51,401 bases of DNA from Candidatus Binatia bacterium. GTDB taxonomy: Bacteria; Desulfobacterota; Binatia; UBA9968. The stretch is from contig JBBDNJ010000332.1 in NCBI GenBank assembly GCA_040877705.1, positions 1 to 51,401 of the forward strand, written 5' to 3'. The notes beneath the pieces were generated by a model, which was not told the DNA's origin, did no database searches, and worked only from the letters and a program-made list of their open reading frames with translations. The position numbers and the translations under genes are program-made. This document shows, piece after piece, positions 1 through 9,503 of the stretch. Within the stretch, counting starts at the first letter, position 1; the number at the start of each line of letters is the position of its first letter.

Positions 1-189
1 GACGAAGCGAGAAAAACCGTTGCTCGCCTCCGAGAGAAGTACAAGCAAAGCATTAGCGCACGGCCGTCGCAGGGACCAACCGATACCGTGTACGAAGAGT
101 TCGTTTCGAAGCTCGAAGAGGAGGATTTGGAAACGGGACTTCAGGGCACCGCCGAACTGGAAGACCTAGAGTCAGGTCGGAAGCCATGA
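1..189 (+). CDS. 3' end of an unidentified protein-coding gene (partial, runs off left edge)
   Basis: Frame 1 is open from base 1 to TGA at 187-189 (62 codons ending ...EEFVSKLEEEDLETGLQGTAELEDLESGRKP). No recognisable family. Confidence 0.3.
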   Translation, partial: DEARKTVARLREKYKQSISARPSQGPTDTVYEEFVSKLEEEDLETGLQGTAELEDLESGRKP

Positions 190-306
190 CATGGGAATTA
201 CCCAAATCTTGATTCCTTTTACCAGCCCGTAGACTTGAAAGCGACGCGAAGTCCTATCAGATCGTCGAGGGCTCGACGCCAGCGTGAAACTGCCGAGGAA
301 AACGAT

Positions 307-672
307 CTAAGAAATCGGCAATGAACGGCGTCGAATCCGGTTGTCTTCGATCGTGACGATCATCCCTAACAGCACATCTGCTTCAAGGGTCGGGAGCACA
401 TTCTGCAGGACTGTATTCACGTATTCGACACGGGACGAGGAAAGACGCAAAGTAATCAGCGACGGTGTTTTGCTTCCGGCCAGAGCCACAATGGTCGAAA
501 AATCCAAGTCTTGGGTAAGAACAACTCGCTGCTCATCGGCTGCCCGTACAACAATAGTTTCGTCGTCGGCGGTTAGAGGAAGGATTTGACTGGATCGGAC
601 TACGTCATGCCCCAAGGAGTTTAGAAATTGAACTGTTCGAGGCGAGATGTGCAAGTCGGCTAGAAGTCTCAT
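307..672 (-). CDS. DUF5615-family PIN-like protein (putative toxin of a DUF433/DUF5615 pair)
   Basis: MRLLADLHISPRTVQFLNSLGHDV... resembles DUF5615 N-termini. The internal ATG at 672 overlaps the upstream gene's stop by 4 nt (ATGA at 669-672). The tracked ORF start at 705 is probably an over-extension. Confidence 0.7.
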   Translation of the reverse strand: MRLLADLHISPRTVQFLNSLGHDVVRSSQILPLTADDETIVVRAADEQRVVLTQDLDFSTIVALAGSKTPSLITLRLSSSRVEYVNTVLQNVLPTLEADVLLGMIVTIEDNRIRRRSLPIS

Positions 673-887
673 CCAACCGTCGAAGTTCTCTCGCTCGCAA
701 GCCACGCGCCATACTTGGCAGCCTGATACACGTCATCTTTTTCCAGTTCGGGATATTCGCGAATAATATCGTCAGCCGTGTACCCATCACCGAGAAGTTT
801 GAGGACAAAATCCACCGTGATGCGGAGCCCGCGAATAGTCGGTTTTCCTTCGCACACTTTAGGGTCGACTTTGATACGGTCAAGCAT
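669..887 (-). CDS. DUF433-domain protein (putative antitoxin)
   Basis: 72 aa, MLDRIKVDPKVCEGKPTIRGLRITVDFVL..., the typical DUF433 signature (cxGkP.i.GtRi.V). Translationally coupled to the DUF5615 gene. Confidence 0.75.
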   Translation of the reverse strand: MLDRIKVDPKVCEGKPTIRGLRITVDFVLKLLGDGYTADDIIREYPELEKDDVYQAAKYGAWLASERTSTVG

Positions 888-995
888 GCAGTAAGCCTAG
901 GAAAATTAGACGAACTTTGCAACATGAACGCTGGAGGCTTATCCACTCCCAGGGCGCGGCTGGGTATCGGAAGGCGAATAGGTAGTTGCCTCGGT

Positions 996-1778
996 TTACA
1001 AAGAAGGGCAAAGGAACAGTTGCGGCTTCTCGCCGGACGGATCTTGTTCGACGCGAACGCGAATACCGTACACCTCATCGATGGTCTTCTCGGTCAGCAC
1101 TTCCGCGGGCGATCCGTCGCGGTAGATTTTCCCTTCGCGCAACATCACCAGGCGCGGGAAGAACAAAGCCGCGAAATTGAGATCGTGCAGTGCGGCAACG
1201 ATGGTCAAACCCCGCTCGCGATTTAGCTGGCGCAACAGCTCGAAGACTTGGACCTGATGTCTGAGATCGAGAAAGGCGGAGGGCTCGTCGAGCAGAAGAA
1301 TTTCCGGTTCCTGCGCCAACGCGCGCGCCATCATCACGCGTTGTTTTTCTCCGCCGCTCAACTCGTGGAGATAGCGATTTGACAGCGATAGGGAGTCGGT
1401 AAGCGCCAAACTCGCGCGGGCGACTTCGAGGTCTTTTTCCCCCTCCAGGGCAAACGCGCTGTGATAACTGGCTCTGCCCATCAAGACGATTTCGGCCACG
1501 GTGTAGGGAAAATTGACGCGGCTTTCTTGCGGCACGACGGCAAAAAGCCTGCTCAGCTCCCGCCTGTCATAGGCTTCGATCCCCTTACCGTTTAGCTTGA
1601 CCTCGCCGCGTCCGCGTAAGATTCCCGAAAGAACTTTAAGGAGAGTGGTTTTTCCCGAGCCGTTGGGACCGAGAATGCCCAGCATCTCGCCTCTCCCGAC
1701 CGCGATCGAGACATCATGAAGCACGGCTCGATCTTTGTAGGCGAATGAAAGATCGCGAGTCTGGATTGCCGGATTCAT
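996..1778 (-). CDS. btuD: ABC transporter ATP-binding protein, iron-siderophore/cobalamin type (BtuD/FepC-like)
   Basis: Walker A GPNGSGKTT, signature LSGGEKQRV, Walker B ILLLDEP. ATG at 1778 overlaps the permease stop (ATGA). The tracked 387-aa ORF has an Arg-rich non-homologous N-terminal extension. Confidence 0.9.
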   Translation of the reverse strand: MNPAIQTRDLSFAYKDRAVLHDVSIAVGRGEMLGILGPNGSGKTTLLKVLSGILRGRGEVKLNGKGIEAYDRRELSRLFAVVPQESRVNFPYTVAEIVLMGRASYHSAFALEGEKDLEVARASLALTDSLSLSNRYLHELSGGEKQRVMMARALAQEPEILLLDEPSAFLDLRHQVQVFELLRQLNRERGLTIVAALHDLNFAALFFPRLVMLREGKIYRDGSPAEVLTEKTIDEVYGIRVRVEQDPSGEKPQLFLCPSL

Positions 1779-2812
1779 AAGGCCATTTTCTTTCCGCCCT
1801 CGCGGTAAAGAAGAAACAGGAAAAACGGTCCGCCGAAGAAGGCTGTGATGATACCCACCGGCAGCTCCGCTGGGGCGAGTAGAATGCGAGCCAGCGTGTC
1901 TGCCCAGCATAAGAAAATCCCACCGGCGAGAAAGGAAGCCGGCAGCAAAAGCCGGTGATCGCTGCCGACGAGCAGTCGCATGACGTGGGGAATCATCAGT
2001 CCGATGAAGCCGATCATGCCGCTTACCGAAACCATGGCGCCGATCATCAACGAGGAAGCGATAAAAACCTGCCGTTGGAGGGCTCCGGTTTCGACGCCCA
2101 ATTGCATGGCTGCCTCTTCTCCCAGAGTGATTAAATTCAATGAAAGGCCTTTTGCCCATAGCCAGAAAAAACCGATAAGGATGTAACCCCAGATGAAAGC
2201 GACTGTGACGTAAGCCCGGCTCGACAAGCTGCCCATGAGCCAGAAGAGCAGCCCCTGCGCCTGATAAAAATCGACGATGGAATTCAGAAACATGATCACC
2301 GCGGCGATGAAAGAATTGAAAATCACGCCGGAGAGCAGCAGATGATAGGGATGAAGCCGCCCGTGAAACAATGAAAATCGATAGACCAACATCATGCTCA
2401 AGAGCGCGCCGGCAAACGCCGCCAGCGGCACCCAGGAGATTTCACCGAAAAGCCCGCCGGCGACGGGCACCAGCCAGTAGGGAAAAAAGATCAGTCCCAA
2501 GATGCCGCCTAAAGAAGCGCCCCCAGACACTCCTAGCATCTGCGGGCAGGCAAGCGGATTGCCGAGTAAAGCCTGAAGCACGACGCCGCAGGTTGCCATG
2601 CCGCCGCCGATGGCGATGCCCAGGAGTACGCGGGGTAGGCGCGTGCGGAACAAAATCTCCGCGTTCGGGTCCGCTGAAAAGATATTCTCGAGGGCCCGCG
2701 AAAGATCGATGGGAACCGGCCCCAGCAAAGAGCAGACGATCATGGAAACGATTAGAAAAAGGCACAGGACTCCATTAACCTGGATCATCTTTTTACGATT
2801 AAGGACTTTCAC
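1775..2812 (-). CDS. btuC: FecCD-family ABC permease (BtuC-like)
   Basis: 345 aa, polytopic and hydrophobic, with FecCD-like motifs (RLPRVLLGIAIGGGMATCGVVLQALLGNPLA...; ELPVGIITAFFGGPFFLFLL). Confidence 0.9.
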   Translation of the reverse strand: MKVLNRKKMIQVNGVLCLFLIVSMIVCSLLGPVPIDLSRALENIFSADPNAEILFRTRLPRVLLGIAIGGGMATCGVVLQALLGNPLACPQMLGVSGGASLGGILGLIFFPYWLVPVAGGLFGEISWVPLAAFAGALLSMMLVYRFSLFHGRLHPYHLLLSGVIFNSFIAAVIMFLNSIVDFYQAQGLLFWLMGSLSSRAYVTVAFIWGYILIGFFWLWAKGLSLNLITLGEEAAMQLGVETGALQRQVFIASSLMIGAMVSVSGMIGFIGLMIPHVMRLLVGSDHRLLLPASFLAGGIFLCWADTLARILLAPAELPVGIITAFFGGPFFLFLLYREGGKKMAL

Positions 2813-3713
2813 AGCGACTCTCCACGTTGCGTTTGCCGCTCAAAAAATTCGCGAAACACTCCGGATGAATGAGACGGGCCAATTCCGCTATAGCCTCGCC
2901 GAACCGGGGACCCGGCCGTAAAATTTTGTCGGATCGATAGTAATAGATGCGCCGCTCTTTCACCGCGGGAATGGACTTGAGATCTTCCCAGCGCTTGCCG
3001 GATTGTTCCCGCTCCGATCCCATGCCGGCTTCGATAATGACTTGAGGCGCCTTGGCCACCACGTACTCCGTGGGCAAATTGAGCCAAGGTTGAGCAGCGT
3101 TGCCGGCGATGTTTTTGCCTCCCGCGAGAGTAATCATCTCGTCGATAAAATTCTTTCCACCCACTGCAACTAAGGGACGAATGCCGACCACCAACAGCAC
3201 CGGGCGACGCGGCGCCGCCGCAATTCCGTGCTTTACATCTTGAACCTGAGCGCCGATCTTAGTTACCAGCCTTTCCCCTGCTTCTGGGCTTCCCAACAAG
3301 CGGGCGATGGACTTGATCGAATTCAAGATGTCGTTGAGGCTCGCCACCGAAATCAAAGTCACTTTGAGACCGAGGCGTTCCAGCTCCCTCGCCTTCACCG
3401 GATCGGTGGCGCCGTTGACGCCGATAACGAGGTCCGGCCGTTTGGCGATAATCGCTTCAAGACTGGGACTCAGAAAGTCGCCGATCTTGGGAAGCCTCCG
3501 CGCTTCGGCAGGGTAGTCGCAATAGGTCGTAACGCCGACCAAGCGATCACCGAAACCGAGAGCAAATAGGGTCTCGGTTACGCTAGGCGCAAGGGAAACG
3601 ATTCTTTGCGGCCGCGGTGCGGGAGGTCCCTGAGCGAAGGCAGCGGGCCTGCACAAGAGGATCAGGGTTGCAATAAATAAATAAACCGTAATTATCCGCC
3701 GTGAAGAATTCAT
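2799..3713 (-). CDS. btuF: periplasmic cobalamin/siderophore-binding protein (BtuF-like) with signal peptide
   Basis: Start MNSSRRIITVYLFIATLILLCRPAAFAQ (signal peptide), then RIVSLAPSVTETLFALG...TTYCDYP, typical of BtuF. ATG at 3713 overlaps the cobS stop (ATGA). Confidence 0.8.
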   Translation of the reverse strand: MNSSRRIITVYLFIATLILLCRPAAFAQGPPAPRPQRIVSLAPSVTETLFALGFGDRLVGVTTYCDYPAEARRLPKIGDFLSPSLEAIIAKRPDLVIGVNGATDPVKARELERLGLKVTLISVASLNDILNSIKSIARLLGSPEAGERLVTKIGAQVQDVKHGIAAAPRRPVLLVVGIRPLVAVGGKNFIDEMITLAGGKNIAGNAAQPWLNLPTEYVVAKAPQVIIEAGMGSEREQSGKRWEDLKSIPAVKERRIYYYRSDKILRPGPRFGEAIAELARLIHPECFANFLSGKRNVESRCESP

Positions 3714-4441
3714 CGCGCTCCCAGAGTCAAGAAAACCAGCACCGAGGCCTCGCTCAATTCTCCAACAGCGCCGAAAGTATCGCCGGTCACGCCATCCAAG
3801 CGGCGGTGAAAATATTTCTTGCTCGCCAGGCTGAAGACGGCGATCCAGATCATCAAAGCGATGCCGCGGCCGTGCAATATCCCTGCAACCAAAAGTAGTG
3901 TGATGAACGTGGCGAAAACAACATGCTTGGTTTCCATGTGATCGATTAAATTCGAACCCAGTCCTGGCTTTGCCGCTTTGGACCGATAGCCGAGCAGCAC
4001 CATCGCCCAACGGCCGAGGATTGGGGCGGCCAGCAATGCACGCCAGCGGTCGCTGTCGATGCTCTCGATGGCGTGAATTTTAAAAAACAGCAACAAGACA
4101 ATCGCGATCAGACCAAAAGCGCCGGTGTGGCTGTCATCCATGACGCGGAGAATGCGCTCGCGATCGCCGCCGGCGCCCAAGCCGTCGAATGTATCGCCAA
4201 GGCCGTCCAGGTGCAGGCCGCGCGTCAGCAGGGCCAGGATGGTCACGAGCACCACGCTCGACAATCCTGCGGTCGCCAACGGTTCCAACACGCCGTTCAC
4301 CAGCACTAGGATCAATCCTAGTAAAAAGCCGATGACCGGAAAGAAAATCGCAGACCGTCCCACTTCATCAGCCGAATATTCCGCGCGCTTGGGCCAGGGA
4401 AAAAGCGTCAAGAACTGGAGCGCCGCGAAAAAAGAGCTCAC
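3710..4441 (-). CDS. cobS: adenosylcobinamide-GDP ribazoletransferase (cobalamin synthase)
   Basis: FLTLFP..., LHLDGLGDTFDGLG, MDDSHTGAFG and LDGVTGDTFGA motifs. GTG start overlaps the cobT stop. Confidence 0.9.
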   Translation of the reverse strand: MSSFFAALQFLTLFPWPKRAEYSADEVGRSAIFFPVIGFLLGLILVLVNGVLEPLATAGLSSVVLVTILALLTRGLHLDGLGDTFDGLGAGGDRERILRVMDDSHTGAFGLIAIVLLLFFKIHAIESIDSDRWRALLAAPILGRWAMVLLGYRSKAAKPGLGSNLIDHMETKHVVFATFITLLLVAGILHGRGIALMIWIAVFSLASKKYFHRRLDGVTGDTFGAVGELSEASVLVFLTLGAR

Positions 4442-5493
4442 GGAAGTTTCTCTTTCACGCCTGCCGATTCAAAAGTCGCCATCTCGCCCATTATTCTTGC
4501 CGCCGCTTCGATCAAGCCCATGAGCAGACAGGCACCGGTTCCCTCGCCAAGCCGCATCTGCAAATCCAAAACAGGCGCGAGCTTGAGCTCATCGAGCATC
4601 AAGCCATGGCCTCTTTCGGTGGAAAGGTGCGAGGCGAAGAGAACATCTCGCACATGAGGACAAAGTCTTTGGGCGAGCAGCGCAGCAACACCGGATATGA
4701 AGCCGTCGAGCACCATCGGCAAGCGAAACTCCGCCGCGCCTAAAATCACCCCCGTCATGGCGCCGATTTCCAAGCCGCCAACTTTGCTAAGAACGTCGAC
4801 GGGCTCACCGGCGTCGGGCCGGTTGAGAGCGAGACCTTTTTCGATGGCCGCGATTTTTCTTCTCAGCGCCGCGTCGTCGATGCCCGTGCCCCGGCCGACA
4901 GCGGCGTCGGGCGCGGCGCCTGTCAAAGCGCAGAGAATGGCCGCCGCGCTGCTGGTGTTGCCTATGCCCATGTCGCCGGCGGCGAGAAGAAAGACGTTTT
5001 CAGCAGCGGCTTCTCGGGCGAGCTGAATACCCAACTCCACGGAGCGCATGGCCTCATCACGCGTCATCGCCGGTCCGCGGGCGAAATTTGCCGTGCCGCG
5101 ACGCACCTTGCAGTTGCGCAAACCGCGCGGGGCGGCGAATTCGTGGTCGACGCCGACATCGACGACTTCGGTATCGACGCCGTGATGGCGCGCTAAAACG
5201 TTGATGGCGGCGCCGCCGCGCAGGAAATTGTAAGTCATCTGCGCCGTGACGTCTTTGGGGTATGCGCTCACGTCTTCCTCGGTAATCCCGTGGTCCGCCG
5301 CAAAGACAAACAGAAGCTTGCGCCCGAGCCGCGGCGGGACTTTTCCCTGGATGACGGCGATGCGGCGCGCCATCTCTTCCAATTTTCCCAGGCTTCCATG
5401 CGGCTTGGTCAGGGAATCGAGGCGCTTCTGCGCTTCAACCTCGACGGCGCGATTCAGAGGGCGGATCTTTTCAAGCGTCTCGTCTAGCGGCAT
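4438..5493 (-). CDS. cobT: nicotinate-nucleotide--dimethylbenzimidazole phosphoribosyltransferase
   Basis: LDSLTKPHGSLGKLEE..., AADHGI, MGIGNTSSAAA and GEGTGA motifs. Internal ATG at 5493 (MPLDETLEKIRPLN...); the tracked upstream extension is Arg/Gly-rich junk that overlaps cobU. Confidence 0.9.
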   Translation of the reverse strand: MPLDETLEKIRPLNRAVEVEAQKRLDSLTKPHGSLGKLEEMARRIAVIQGKVPPRLGRKLLFVFAADHGITEEDVSAYPKDVTAQMTYNFLRGGAAINVLARHHGVDTEVVDVGVDHEFAAPRGLRNCKVRRGTANFARGPAMTRDEAMRSVELGIQLAREAAAENVFLLAAGDMGIGNTSSAAAILCALTGAAPDAAVGRGTGIDDAALRRKIAAIEKGLALNRPDAGEPVDVLSKVGGLEIGAMTGVILGAAEFRLPMVLDGFISGVAALLAQRLCPHVRDVLFASHLSTERGHGLMLDELKLAPVLDLQMRLGEGTGACLLMGLIEAAARIMGEMATFESAGVKEKLP

Positions 5494-6020
5494 ACCGTTC
5501 CCTTCTTCACGATCATTGGAATACCGGCCACGGTGAGAACGACTTCGTTTGCCGTCGCGGCCATGCGCTGGTTGGCCCAACCCGCGAGATCGCGAAATTG
5601 CCGCGCCAGTTGGTTGTCGGGAACGATGCCCCAGCCGACCTCGTTGGTGACGAAAACGACGTGGAAATCCAAGCGCGGCATTATTTTTACTAATTTTTCG
5701 ACCTTCTCCTCGGCGTATTGGCCATCGCGCCGGAGCAAAAGATTGCTCAGCCAAAGGGTCAGGCAATCCACCAGGGCGCAGTCTATGGCGCCGCGCCGCG
5801 CCAAAAGCGCCTGCACCAATTCCACCGGCTCTTCAATTGTGTTCCACTCGTTGCCGCGCTGTTTCTGATGCGCGGCGATGCGTTGCGCCATTTCTTCGTC
5901 TTTTGGTTCGGCGGTGGCGATGTAGAGTCGTCGAGGCCCCAACTCTCCGGCGCGTTGTTCGGCGTATTTGCTCTTTCCCGACCGTGCGCCGCCGGTAATC
6001 AAAATAATTTGTTTGGCCAT
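5484..6020 (-). CDS. cobU: bifunctional adenosylcobinamide kinase / adenosylcobinamide-phosphate guanylyltransferase
   Basis: MAKQIILITGGARSGKSKYAE (P-loop), about 178 aa, typical CobU/CobP size and N-terminus. Confidence 0.9.
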   Translation of the reverse strand: MAKQIILITGGARSGKSKYAEQRAGELGPRRLYIATAEPKDEEMAQRIAAHQKQRGNEWNTIEEPVELVQALLARRGAIDCALVDCLTLWLSNLLLRRDGQYAEEKVEKLVKIMPRLDFHVVFVTNEVGWGIVPDNQLARQFRDLAGWANQRMAATANEVVLTVAGIPMIVKKGTVCR

Positions 6021-6023
6021 AAG

Positions 6024-7181
6024 CTACCCAATCGAAGGCGCCGTCCATTCTTTGAGCGATGCAAGTAGTTGCAGGTTATCTTTTCTTCGTTTCACGGCGA
6101 TACGGAAATAATCGCCGCTGAGTCCCGCGAAGGAATCGCAGGCGCGGATGAGTATTTTCCTGCCCAAAAGAAAAGAGCGGAGCTGAAGCGCGTGGCCAAC
6201 GTGCTTTTCAATTTTGACCAGCAAAAAGTTGGCTCGCGATGGAAACGGATGAAGTCCTTCGATTGCTGTCAGGCGCTCTGATAAAAATTTTCTCTCCTCC
6301 TGTAACCAGCGCTCCGTCTTGGTGGTGAAGCTCGCGTCCTTGAGACAAGCCAGAGCCACGTTAAGGGCCGGAGCGTTGACGGACCAGGGTTCCTGATAAG
6401 TAGCGAGCTGTGCGACTCTGGAGGCTTCGGCCAGAAGATAGCCGAGTCGAAGTCCCGGCAAAGCGTAGTACTTGGTCAGCGAGCGTAACACGATCACATA
6501 GGGATTTTGCCGCACGAGAGTCTTAACCGATTCTGCTTCGACAAAGTCAATGAAAGCTTCATCGACGACGACAAAGCTCTTTCTCGTCGAAGCCACGTGC
6601 GCGATTTTTTCTATTTCAGTCCTGGGAATCAATTGTCCAGTCACGCTGTTGGGCGTGGCGATAAAGGCGATGTCGCAATCTTTGTCCCATGTCTCCATCA
6701 GCCGCGCCGTTGAGAACTGGAAGCGGTCGTCGGCGAGCAGCGGCAGCGTGCGGCAGTCCGCGCCGTCGAGCGCGAGAGCATTGGCGTACTCGGAAAATGC
6801 TGGGCAGACAATTAGTGCCTTGCGCGGCCGCAGTGCGGCGCACAAGAGATAAATAAGCTGGGTCGAGCCGTTGCCGACCAGCACTTCCGTGGGTTTCATC
6901 CCATGGTGATTAGCCAAAGCTTCCTTGAGTTTTTCTCCATAGGAATCGGGATAGCGCGAGATTTCGCCATAGCTTTTGGAGAAAGCTTTGCGCGCTGAAG
7001 GCGGCGGTCCCAACGGGTTGATGCTGGCGCTGAAATCCAGAATATCGTCCGCTTCGATGCCTGCGCTACGCGCCCACGCATCGATATCGCCGCCGTGTTT
7101 CCTGTCGAGCGGCCGCTCTAGCCGCGCGTTGCCAACACCAGCGCGAACGTCGCGAGCGAGAGAATAGCCGTGACCAGACAT
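6024..7181 (-). CDS. cobD: L-threonine-O-3-phosphate decarboxylase (class I/II aminotransferase fold)
   Basis: HGGDIDAWA...ILDFSASINPLGPP...YPD...NGSTQLIYL...TPNSVTG...SLTKYYALPGLRLGY align with Salmonella CobD. First in-frame ATG is at 7181, which overlaps the cbiB 3' end by 64 nt. Start is uncertain. Confidence 0.8.
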   Translation of the reverse strand: MSGHGYSLARDVRAGVGNARLERPLDRKHGGDIDAWARSAGIEADDILDFSASINPLGPPPSARKAFSKSYGEISRYPDSYGEKLKEALANHHGMKPTEVLVGNGSTQLIYLLCAALRPRKALIVCPAFSEYANALALDGADCRTLPLLADDRFQFSTARLMETWDKDCDIAFIATPNSVTGQLIPRTEIEKIAHVASTRKSFVVVDEAFIDFVEAESVKTLVRQNPYVIVLRSLTKYYALPGLRLGYLLAEASRVAQLATYQEPWSVNAPALNVALACLKDASFTTKTERWLQEERKFLSERLTAIEGLHPFPSRANFLLVKIEKHVGHALQLRSFLLGRKILIRACDSFAGLSGDYFRIAVKRRKDNLQLLASLKEWTAPSIG

Positions 7182-8086
7182 AAGACACGTCCCTCCTTTA
7201 ACATTTTGATTCTGACCGGCGTCAAGTCGTCGCCTATATAAGGCTTGTGGATTTCTTTGCCGAAGTAAATGCTCGGACCGCCGAGACGGACGCCGAAGGC
7301 GCCCGCCAGCGCCGCTTCGGGATAGCCCGCGTTGGGACTCAGATGATTGGCATGGTCGCGCCATACGATGCGCAATGCGCGCACTGGATTCAGACGCACC
7401 GCCAGTGACGCGATGACGATAAAGAAAGCGGTCATGCGCGCCGGAAGGAAATTAAACACGTCGTCCAGGCGCGCGGCGAATTTACCAAAATAAAAATACC
7501 GTTCGGTGCGGTAGCCGATCATGGAATCCAGTGTACTGACTGCTTTGTATGCCATGGCCAACGGGACGCCGCCGAGGGAAAGATAAAAAAGCGGCGCCAC
7601 GATACCGTCGCAGGTGCTCTCAGACAAAGATTCCAGGCTGGCGCGCAGCATTTTGTCCTGGTTCAAATCGGCTGTCTCGCGGCCGACGATATGGCCAAGC
7701 TTTTCTCGCGCCACTGCGAGGTTCCCGGCGCGCAGCGGCGCTTCGATGAGTTTTACGGAGTCGAGCAATCCGCGAGTCGCCAGAGTCGTGGAGGCCAAGG
7801 CCGCGGTGGCGATGAATGAGAGCCAGTGAGGGAGCGAGTGAAAAAGAGCAACCAACGCCCACCCCGCTCCGGCAGAGAGCGCGATCAGTAGAAGTGATAA
7901 CGCCATACCGGCGAGAAAGTCGCGGCGCGCGTTGCCGCTTCGCAACGATCGTTCGCCATGCGAGATAACTTTGCCCATCAAGACCACCGGATGAAGCAGC
8001 CAGGGCGGATCGCCGACGGCGAGATCCAAAAGGAAGGCGCCGATCAAGAGCGCCGCCGAGGAGTTTAAGAAAAATTGCCAATCCAT
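7118..8086 (-). CDS. cbiB: adenosylcobinamide-phosphate synthase
   Basis: 322 aa membrane protein. LLDLAVGDPPWLLHPVVLMGK and SPNAGYPEAALAGA motifs are typical of CbiB/CobD. Confidence 0.9.
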   Translation of the reverse strand: MDWQFFLNSSAALLIGAFLLDLAVGDPPWLLHPVVLMGKVISHGERSLRSGNARRDFLAGMALSLLLIALSAGAGWALVALFHSLPHWLSFIATAALASTTLATRGLLDSVKLIEAPLRAGNLAVAREKLGHIVGRETADLNQDKMLRASLESLSESTCDGIVAPLFYLSLGGVPLAMAYKAVSTLDSMIGYRTERYFYFGKFAARLDDVFNFLPARMTAFFIVIASLAVRLNPVRALRIVWRDHANHLSPNAGYPEAALAGAFGVRLGGPSIYFGKEIHKPYIGDDLTPVRIKMLKEGRVLCLVTAILSLATFALVLATRG

Positions 8087-8094
8087 GGAGATGT

Positions 8095-8778
8095 TTAATC
8101 CTCACCAACGTTGCCGTCCCACACTTCGTCGAAGACCACGTCGCGGAGCGGCAGGCGGTCGAGCCAGCCGACGGTTTCGAGTTCCGGCTTGGGTTCGAAG
8201 CGCTCCGGGTAACCCATGCACAGGTAGCCGACCACGGTGACGTGCGAAGGGATGCGCAAGATCTCTTTCACGTGTTTCTCCGAAAGAATGCTCACCCATC
8301 CGACGCCCAACCCTTCGGCTCTCGCCGCCAGCCAGAGATTCTGAATCGCGCAGCACGTCGAATAGAGATCGGTTTGGGGGATGAGGCTCCGGCCCAGAAC
8401 CGCCGGACCGTGGCGCGTCGAGTCGCAGGTCACACAGATATTCAGCGGCGCTTCTTCGATCCCTTCGAGCTTTAGGCTCAGATAAAGTTTTTTCCTTTCC
8501 CCGGAAAACCGCTCCGCTTCCTGACTGCGCGCCAGGAGAAACGCTTCTTTGATCAGTTTTTTCGTGTCCGGCTCGCGGATCACGATAAAATTCCAAGGCT
8601 GCATGAAGCCCACGGACGGCGCGTGATGCGCGGCAAGCAAGATACGCTCGACAGCTTCGGCTGGAATCGGCGAAGAAAGAAAGCGCCGGACGTCCCGGCG
8701 CGCGAAGATAGCCTTGTAAACCGCTTCACGCTCAGAGGGCGTAAACGTTGCTTCCGCGGACAATTTTTCATGCGTCAT
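8095..8778 (-). CDS. bluB: 5,6-dimethylbenzimidazole synthase (nitroreductase-fold BluB)
   Basis: IFARRDVRRF...AAHHAPSVGFMQPWNFIVI...GVGWVSIL, a BluB-like pattern within the nitroreductase fold. Start taken at MTHEKL (8778); 8817 is the alternative. Confidence 0.8.
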   Translation of the reverse strand: MTHEKLSAEATFTPSEREAVYKAIFARRDVRRFLSSPIPAEAVERILLAAHHAPSVGFMQPWNFIVIREPDTKKLIKEAFLLARSQEAERFSGERKKLYLSLKLEGIEEAPLNICVTCDSTRHGPAVLGRSLIPQTDLYSTCCAIQNLWLAARAEGLGVGWVSILSEKHVKEILRIPSHVTVVGYLCMGYPERFEPKPELETVGWLDRLPLRDVVFDEVWDGNVGED

Positions 8779-9490
8779 GAGAATTTTCTCCCGGCGCGGC
8801 TCCGTTTGTTGTTGCACCTTGCGCCAGTCCGTTTTTCACCGCGGTGTATGCCGTCCGGCCGATCAGCTCGCCGAGCTGAGTGTGCTTGCCGCAATAGGGC
8901 GAGCGATTGCCGCCGAGAGAAACAACGGCAATACAATCGGTGCCCGTGCCGGTGGCGACAAGACTCGATACCGAGCTCGAAATTCCCGCTTCGTAAAGCG
9001 CGCGCACACGCCCTTCCGTCGCGATCTGCATCGCTTCCACCATCGCTTCGTCGGTGAGACCCGGTTGAACAGCCAGTATCATATTGATCGTGTGAAGAGG
9101 CGCCGGCGCTGGCTCCGCCATCGCCACGGACGCCGGATCTCCGACCGAAAGAGCGTTGCCGCAGCCAACGGTCGCAAAGCATATTACTTCGGCGCCGCCG
9201 CTGGACATTGACACTCGGACCAGGTTTTTCATCTCGACGGCAGTCGCCATGGCGACGACTTTTCCCTCAAGTCCCAATTCTAAAGCCGCTCGCTCCAGCC
9301 ATCGGCCAGGTTGGGCGCAGAACCATGGATCGTTGCCCCTTACGCGGTGATTGATGACGTGATGAGCGTGACAAAAGCCGCCGTTAACAACCGCCCAACT
9401 CAAGGCGCGCGCCGGCGCGGGAAAACTTATGATCAAGGCATCCTGCTCCGCGCGAACGACAAACGTTGAAATCATAGTTGACGCGTCCAT
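8768..9490 (-). CDS. cbiZ: adenosylcobinamide amidohydrolase (CbiZ-like)
   Basis: TVGCGNA..., TINMILAVQPGLTDEAMVEAMQIATEGRVRAL and ATGTGTDCIAVV resemble the CbiZ family. Start taken at MDAST (9490), 13 nt after the cbiA stop. Confidence 0.65.
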   Translation of the reverse strand: MDASTMISTFVVRAEQDALIISFPAPARALSWAVVNGGFCHAHHVINHRVRGNDPWFCAQPGRWLERAALELGLEGKVVAMATAVEMKNLVRVSMSSGGAEVICFATVGCGNALSVGDPASVAMAEPAPAPLHTINMILAVQPGLTDEAMVEAMQIATEGRVRALYEAGISSSVSSLVATGTGTDCIAVVSLGGNRSPYCGKHTQLGELIGRTAYTAVKNGLAQGATTNGAAPGENSHDA

Positions 9491-9503
9491 AGCTGCGTTA
9501 TCA

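Noticed and set aside
260-280. Inverted repeat CGTCGAG-GG-CTCGACG between the two convergent genes at the left edge.
   Set aside because: The loop is too small for a stable hairpin as drawn and there is no U-tract. I cannot support it as a terminator.
1779-2159. Long N-terminal extensions of tracked ORFs (996-2159, 2799-4010, 4438-5766, 6024-7364, 8768-9640).
   Set aside because: The extensions overlap the well-supported upstream gene in another frame, are Arg-rich and non-homologous. Internal ATG/GTG starts give family-typical N-termini and 4-11 nt coupled junctions.
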